From positions 1 to 12,039 of the forward strand of contig PLCF01000093.1 of assembly GCA_003135555.1 (NCBI GenBank): DNA of 12,039 bases, given 5' to 3'. A program made the translations under genes and the position numbers. Positions 7,890-12,039 of this stretch are shown one piece after another (position 1 is the stretch's first letter; every line of letters begins with the position of its first letter). The stretch is from Vulcanimicrobiota bacterium (GTDB lineage Bacteria > Vulcanimicrobiota > Vulcanimicrobiia > Vulcanimicrobiales > Vulcanimicrobiaceae). The notes under the pieces are model-generated. The model was given only the letters and a program-made list of their open reading frames with translations. It ran no database searches and was not told the DNA's origin.

Positions 7890-9621
7890 CTGCGGTGCGC
7901 TTTCGCTTCGCCTCGACGAAGGCGAGGACTTCCTCCAGCGGGCGCGCGTTGAGGACTTCGCCGGCCGTGACCCAGGCCCGGCGTGCTTGCCCGACCGCGT
8001 AGGCCACGTTGTCGAGCTGCCCCACGCCGTGCGCATCGGAGTCGCAGGTGAAGGTCACGCCGAACGAACGAGCGCGGCGCGCCAGCGGGCTGGGCAAGTC
8101 CAACCGGCTGGGTTGGCCGTCGATCTCCAGCGCCGTCCCGGTGCGCGCCGCCGCCGCGAAGACGGCGTCGTGATCGAAATCGTAACCGGCGAAGGTCTCG
8201 ATGTTGCGGCCGGTCGGATGGCCGATCACGTTCACGTACGGGTTCTCGATCGCGCGCAGCAAGCGAGCCGTCATCGCCTCGCGCGACTGGTTGAACGCCG
8301 AGTGCACCGAGGCGACCACGACGTCCAAACCGGCCAGGACCGCGTCGTCGTAGTCGAGCGACCCATCGGCCCGGATGTCGACTTCCGCCGAACACAGCGT
8401 ACGGATCCCGTGACGGTCGCCGAGTTCGCGCACGCGCGCGCGCTGCACGCGCAGATCCTCGGGATCGAGACCCATCCGGCCGCGTCCCCAGGAGTGATCG
8501 CTCAACGAATGATAGGCGTAGCCGCGGGCCGCACAGGCGGCGATCATCTCCTCGAGCGTGTCGCGGCCGTCGGACCACGTGCAGTGCATGTGGAAGTCGC
8601 CTTTGAGATCGGTCGCTTCGAGAACGAGCGGCAACGTACCGTCGCGTGCGGCTTCGATCTCCCCGACGCCCAAACGCATCTCGGGCGGGATGTACGCCAT
8701 CCCCAGCGTTGCGTAGACTTCCTCTTCGGTGCGGCAGACGATCGTGCGACCGTCGCTCAGGTCGACGATTCCGTTCTCGCTCACCCGCAGGTTCTTGCGC
8801 ACCGCGAGCTCGCGAAATTGAATGTTGTGCTCGCGCGACCCGGTGAAGTGCTGCAACAGGTTGCCGTACAGATGCGCGGGCAGCACGCGCAAATCGATCT
8901 GCAATCCGCCCGCGAGCCAGATACTGGCCTTGGTGGGACCCTCCGCCAGCACCGCTTCGGCACGTTCCCAGGCGGTGAACGTCGCGACGACCTGCGCTGC
9001 GTTGTCGGACGTGCACACGACGTCGACGTCGCCCACGGTCGGTTCCTGGCGCCGTACGCTGCCCGCGGCGGTGAGATCGCGCGCGTCGGTCCGCGCAGCG
9101 AGATAGGCCATCACCTCGCGCGCAACCGGCTGCGCGACGCCCAACGGCGTGCGCTGCGTCCGGCCCTTGTACGAGAGCACGCCGCGGCGGATGTTCTCGA
9201 TCGACTTCGGGCCCAGGCGGGGCAGCTCGGCGAGCGCGCCCTCGTCGAGCGCGCGTTCCAGATCGGCTAGCGAAGCGACGCCGAGGCGCTCGAAGAGCTG
9301 CTGCGCCGTCTTCATTCCGACCCCTTGCACGCCCAGCAGTTCCAACAGCGTCGCCGGATACTTGGCGCGCAGCTCTTCGAGGTAGGGATCGGTCCCGGTC
9401 CGCGCCAGCGTCGCGATACGGCCTGCGATCGTCTTGCCCACACCGGGCAGCTCGGTAAGCCGCGTGGGATCGGCGTCGGCGCTCAGCGGGGCGGCGTTCT
9501 CCAGGGTCTCGGCCGCGCGCTCGTAGGCCATGAACTTGAAGAACGGCTCGCCGGCGAATTCCATGAGGATGCGAATCTCGCGCAGCCGTTGCGCGATCTC
9601 GCCGTTAGTCGGGTTCGGCAT
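7858..9621 (-). CDS. polX: DNA polymerase X family / PHP 3'-5' exonuclease fusion (587 aa)
   Basis: HhH motifs LPGVGKT, VQGVGMKT and LPRLGPKS. Palm GSVRR..GDVDV and QIDLR (Asp triad intact), plus FTGS..HN. PHP motifs DFHMHCTWSDG, SDHS, EVD, SVH, GHP and DSDAH. Confidence 0.96.
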   Translation of the reverse strand: MPNPTNGEIAQRLREIRILMEFAGEPFFKFMAYERAAETLENAAPLSADADPTRLTELPGVGKTIAGRIATLARTGTDPYLEELRAKYPATLLELLGVQGVGMKTAQQLFERLGVASLADLERALDEGALAELPRLGPKSIENIRRGVLSYKGRTQRTPLGVAQPVAREVMAYLAARTDARDLTAAGSVRRQEPTVGDVDVVCTSDNAAQVVATFTAWERAEAVLAEGPTKASIWLAGGLQIDLRVLPAHLYGNLLQHFTGSREHNIQFRELAVRKNLRVSENGIVDLSDGRTIVCRTEEEVYATLGMAYIPPEMRLGVGEIEAARDGTLPLVLEATDLKGDFHMHCTWSDGRDTLEEMIAACAARGYAYHSLSDHSWGRGRMGLDPEDLRVQRARVRELGDRHGIRTLCSAEVDIRADGSLDYDDAVLAGLDVVVASVHSAFNQSREAMTARLLRAIENPYVNVIGHPTGRNIETFAGYDFDHDAVFAAAARTGTALEIDGQPSRLDLPSPLARRARSFGVTFTCDSDAHGVGQLDNVAYAVGQARRAWVTAGEVLNARPLEEVLAFVEAKRKRTADVNARADLSV

Positions 9622-9623
9622 CT

Positions 9624-9658
9624 GAACGAGGACTTCGTTCCACGTCCGCGTACGGGCG
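9624..9658. promoter_or_regulatory. Two adjacent inverted repeats in the 41-bp divergent polX / NAPRTase gap
   Basis: GAACGA-GGACT-TCGTTC (9624-9640, perfect 6-bp arms) and CGTCCG-CGTA-CGGGCG (9643-9658, one G-U pair). Neither start codon has an obvious SD. Confidence 0.4.
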
Positions 9659-9662
9659 TCCC

Positions 9663-10775
9663 ATGCTGCGCACCGAGCGGCGTCGACTCGACCCGGCGAT
9701 CCTCAACCTGCCGATCGAGAAGATGCGCGACGGCTACTACTCGGACACCTACTTCAACCGGGCCCGCGAGATCCTCGAGGCCGACGGCTACCACCCGCGC
9801 GTGCGGATGCAGGTCTTCCAGCGCAACCGCGCGGTGCTGTGCGGGATCGACGAGGCGATCGCGATCCTCAAGCTGTGCAGCGGGCGACACGGCGAGGACG
9901 GCAGCTGGGACGACGGCTGGGACGGCTTGGCGGTCCGGGCGCTCTACGACGGCGATGCTATCGAGCCGTTCGAAACGGTTATGACGATCGAGGGCGATTA
10001 TGCGCTGTTCGCGCACCTCGAGACGCCCTACCTCGGCGTGTTGGCGCGGCGCACGCGCATCGCCACCAATGCGCGCGCGATCGTCGATGCTGCCGCCGGC
10101 AAGGAAGTGCTGTTCTTTCCGGCCCGCTTCGACCACCATCTGGTGCAGACCGGCGACGGCTACGCCGCGTACATCTCCGGCGCGCTGGGCGTTTCCACCG
10201 ACGCAAACGCGGAGTGGTGGGGCTCGCGCGGGATGGGGACCGTGCCGCACGGGTTGATCGCGGCCTATGGCGGCGACACCGTGCTGGCCACCGAGAAGTT
10301 CGCGCAGCACATCGATCCGGCGGTGAACGTGATCGCGCTGGTGGACTTCGACAACGACTGCGTCGGCACGGCCGTCGCCGCCGCGCGCACGCTGGGCGAT
10401 CGGCTCTGGGGCGTGCGCTTGGACACCTCGGGGACGCTCGTCGACCGCAGCGTCATCCCTCAGATGGGCACGTTCGTGCCGACCGGCGTGAACGCGCAGC
10501 TCGTTCACAACGTCCGCAACGCGCTCGACGCCGGCGGCTTCGGCCACGTGAAGATCGTGGTGAGCGGCGGCTTCGACGCCGGGCGTATCCGTCGTTTCGA
10601 AGACGATCTCGTGCCGGTCGACGCCTACGCCGTGGGCAGCGCGTTCTTCAAGGGCGCCGGCTCGTTCGATTTCACCGCCGACATCGTCGCCATCGATACC
10701 GGCGAGGGCTGGCGCGAATGCCACAAAGTCGGCCGCCCCGAACTGCCGAATCCCCGCCTTTCGCCGGTGGAGTGA
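9663..10775 (+). CDS. pncB: Nicotinate phosphoribosyltransferase-family protein (type II PRTase, short NAPRTase/QAPRTase-like; 370 aa)
   Basis: SDTYF, LETPYLGVL..TRIATN, FPARFDH, GTVPHGLI (His at the phospho-His position), LVDFDND, GVRLDTSG, VVSGGF, AVGS, DFTADIV and KVGR. Confidence 0.85.
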   Translation: MLRTERRRLDPAILNLPIEKMRDGYYSDTYFNRAREILEADGYHPRVRMQVFQRNRAVLCGIDEAIAILKLCSGRHGEDGSWDDGWDGLAVRALYDGDAIEPFETVMTIEGDYALFAHLETPYLGVLARRTRIATNARAIVDAAAGKEVLFFPARFDHHLVQTGDGYAAYISGALGVSTDANAEWWGSRGMGTVPHGLIAAYGGDTVLATEKFAQHIDPAVNVIALVDFDNDCVGTAVAAARTLGDRLWGVRLDTSGTLVDRSVIPQMGTFVPTGVNAQLVHNVRNALDAGGFGHVKIVVSGGFDAGRIRRFEDDLVPVDAYAVGSAFFKGAGSFDFTADIVAIDTGEGWRECHKVGRPELPNPRLSPVE

Positions 10776-10784
10776 GCCCCTTTT

Positions 10785-10840
10785 TGTCACGCTGAGCCGT
10801 CCTGAGCCCGTCGAAGGACCTCGGCTTTCGCTGGGACGGC
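10785..10840. repeat. REP-like palindromic element (GTCAC/GTC-CTGAGC...GTCGAAGG type)
   Basis: TGTCACGCTGAGCCGTCCTGAGCCCGTCGAAGGAC has a duplicated CTGAGCC and a GTCCT/AGGAC stem. An alternative stem pairs GCCGTCC (10796-10802) with GGACGGC (10834-10840). From memory it resembles intergenic CTGAGC-N-GTCGAAG repeats, but only one copy is in the window. Confidence 0.5.
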
Positions 10841-10920
10841 CACCGCATCGCGGAAGTCTACGTCCCCGACGAAATCCTCCGCTTCCCGCACTGTTTATCC
10901 AGCGCGGCTGGCCCTTTTGA
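10820..10920 (+). pseudogene. Probable 3' remnant of a lost gene containing a frameshift
   Basis: Reads LGFRWDGHRIAEVYVPDEILRFP (20 of 23 codons end in G/C), then in the -1 frame PALFIQRGWPF-TGA (stop 10918-10920). There is no start codon, and an in-frame TGA sits upstream at 10793-10795 inside the REP-like element. Confidence 0.4.
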
Positions 10921-10922
10921 AC

Positions 10923-11477
10923 CTAAACGGGTGCGGCCTGTGCTGCTAGCTTCTCGATGATCGCGCGGTTGAACAGCGTGAGATCGCTCGGGTTGCGTGA
11001 GGTGACCCAGTTGCCGTCGAGCACGACGGGCTGATCGCGATACAAACCGCCGGCGTTGCGGATGTCGTCGGCGATCGACGCGAACCCGGTGAGCGTGCGA
11101 CCGCGCACGAGCTGAGCGGAGATCAGCACCTGCGGGCCGTGGCAGATGATGAACATCGGCTTCTTGGCCTGGTCGAACTCCTTGACGAAGCGCTGCACGT
11201 CTTTGTTGGTGCGGATGTGGTCGGGCGACTGCCCGCCCGGGATCAACAGCGCGTCGAAGTCGTCCGCGGTTACGTCGGCGACCAGCTCTTCGGCTTTTAC
11301 GCTCTGGCCTTCGTCGAGCCCGCGCTTGCCGCGAATCTTCTGCAGCGCACGATCGTCCACGCCGACGATCGTCACGATCGCACCGGACTCTTCGAGCGCC
11401 CGGCGCGGCTCGATCAACTCGGATTCCTCGAACCCGTCTCCCACCAGCGCGGCGATGCGCTTACCTTCGATTTCCAT
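10923..11477 (-). CDS. pfpI: DJ-1/PfpI family protein (type 1 glutamine amidotransferase-like; YhbO/PfpI glyoxalase or protease), 184 aa
   Basis: KRIAALVGDGFEESE (conserved Glu), FDALLIPGG, nucleophile elbow ICHGP, and DGNWVTSRNP. Confidence 0.92.
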   Translation of the reverse strand: MEIEGKRIAALVGDGFEESELIEPRRALEESGAIVTIVGVDDRALQKIRGKRGLDEGQSVKAEELVADVTADDFDALLIPGGQSPDHIRTNKDVQRFVKEFDQAKKPMFIICHGPQVLISAQLVRGRTLTGFASIADDIRNAGGLYRDQPVVLDGNWVTSRNPSDLTLFNRAIIEKLAAQAAPV

Positions 11478-11516
11478 AGGGGATCGGGCGTTCTGACCCG
11501 GCGGCGGCGCCGCCTG

Positions 11517-12023
11517 TCACAGCGCGCCGCCCGTCCCCTGGACCGCGGCTCGTAGCAAGTAGGCGAGCTCCACCTCCAGCTTGCCGAGCGGGTCGAGGAC
11601 GGCGTCGTCGACGAGCGCCTTGAGCACCGGGTTACGCTTGGTCATGTCGCCCTCAGGGACGGCGTGACGCGGGTTGATCTCGCGCATGTAGATCCGCGCG
11701 TCGTAACGGATCTGGCCGTCGGGCAGAAAGTACAGCGGGTCGAGGCCGCCCGCATACACGCTCAACCCCAGCAACTCGGTTTGCTGGAGAAAACCGATCG
11801 GCCGCAACCGCAGCGCTCGGGCCAGCCGAGCCAGCGCAGGGACCGCCAGCCGGGCCTCGCCGGCGACGACGCGCTCGAGCAGCGCGGCGTCCAGGTCGGC
11901 GGCCGCTGCCAAGCCGGCGAGATCGAGGTCCTTGGCCGCGGCCAGCCGCGCCAGGGCCGCCCCAAAGGCCGCGCCCCCGGCGGTTCCGGTCGCCCCGTCG
12001 TAGGCCGGTTGCGCCACGTCCAT
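11517..12023 (-). CDS. XRE/Cro-like helix-turn-helix protein with an unassigned C-terminal domain (168 aa)
   Basis: FGAALARL...LDLAGLAAAADLDAALLERVVAGE...LARLARAL follows the XRE helical pattern. The C-terminal half is unrecognised. The start is uncertain (no SD, and the frame is open to the right edge). Confidence 0.65.
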   Translation of the reverse strand: MDVAQPAYDGATGTAGGAAFGAALARLAAAKDLDLAGLAAAADLDAALLERVVAGEARLAVPALARLARALRLRPIGFLQQTELLGLSVYAGGLDPLYFLPDGQIRYDARIYMREINPRHAVPEGDMTKRNPVLKALVDDAVLDPLGKLEVELAYLLRAAVQGTGGAL

Positions 12024-12039
12024 CCCGGAAGGTGATCGC

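Noticed and set aside
7890..8036. N-terminal extension of the kinase in the ORF track (967 aa)
   Set aside because: It lies within the conserved PHP C-terminus of polX and has shadow-frame composition; the GAF domain begins right after ATG 7889.
9624..9640. Gram-positive LexA (Cheo) box upstream of polX
   Set aside because: The spacing is GAAC-N9-GTTC, not the required GAAC-N4-GTTC.
10850..10889. Hammerhead ribozyme suggested by a GTC-CCC-GAC stem followed by GAAA
   Set aside because: The CUGANGA core is absent at the required position on either strand.
10899..10918. Intrinsic terminator CCAGC-GCG-GCTGG followed by CCCTTTT
   Set aside because: The stem is only 5 bp and the short U-tract is separated from it by CCC; too weak to call.
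1..12039. CRISPR array, tRNA/rRNA, IS, prophage or defence system
   Set aside because: No regularly spaced repeats, RNA-gene signatures, transposase, integrase or defence domains were seen by eye.

Overview
High-GC bacterial chromosomal window of mostly metabolic and stress genes, with no CRISPR, rRNA, tRNA, integrase or transposase seen. On the left (minus strand) is a two-gene NAD+-dependent formate dehydrogenase operon: a NuoE-NuoF fusion beta subunit (4399-2663) coupled by an ATGA overlap to a Cys-type bis-MGD alpha subunit (2666 to beyond the left edge, missed by the ORF track). Its architecture matches the tungsten-dependent Fdh1AB/FdwAB family. Next come two small divergent hypothetical genes (one acidic and disordered, one probably secreted), then a GAF-PAS-PAS-HisKA-HATPase-REC hybrid kinase whose start overlaps the end of a PolX-PHP gene. 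A nicotinate phosphoribosyltransferase-family gene runs divergently from polX across only 41 bp. It is followed by a 147-bp gap holding a REP-like palindrome and a probable frameshifted gene remnant, then a DJ-1/PfpI gene and an XRE-like HTH protein with an unknown C-terminal domain. I do not see a clearly new biological system. The best leads are the polX-kinase coupling with a Cys-less LOV-like PAS domain, the probable W-type FDH, and the 10776-10922 intergenic region.
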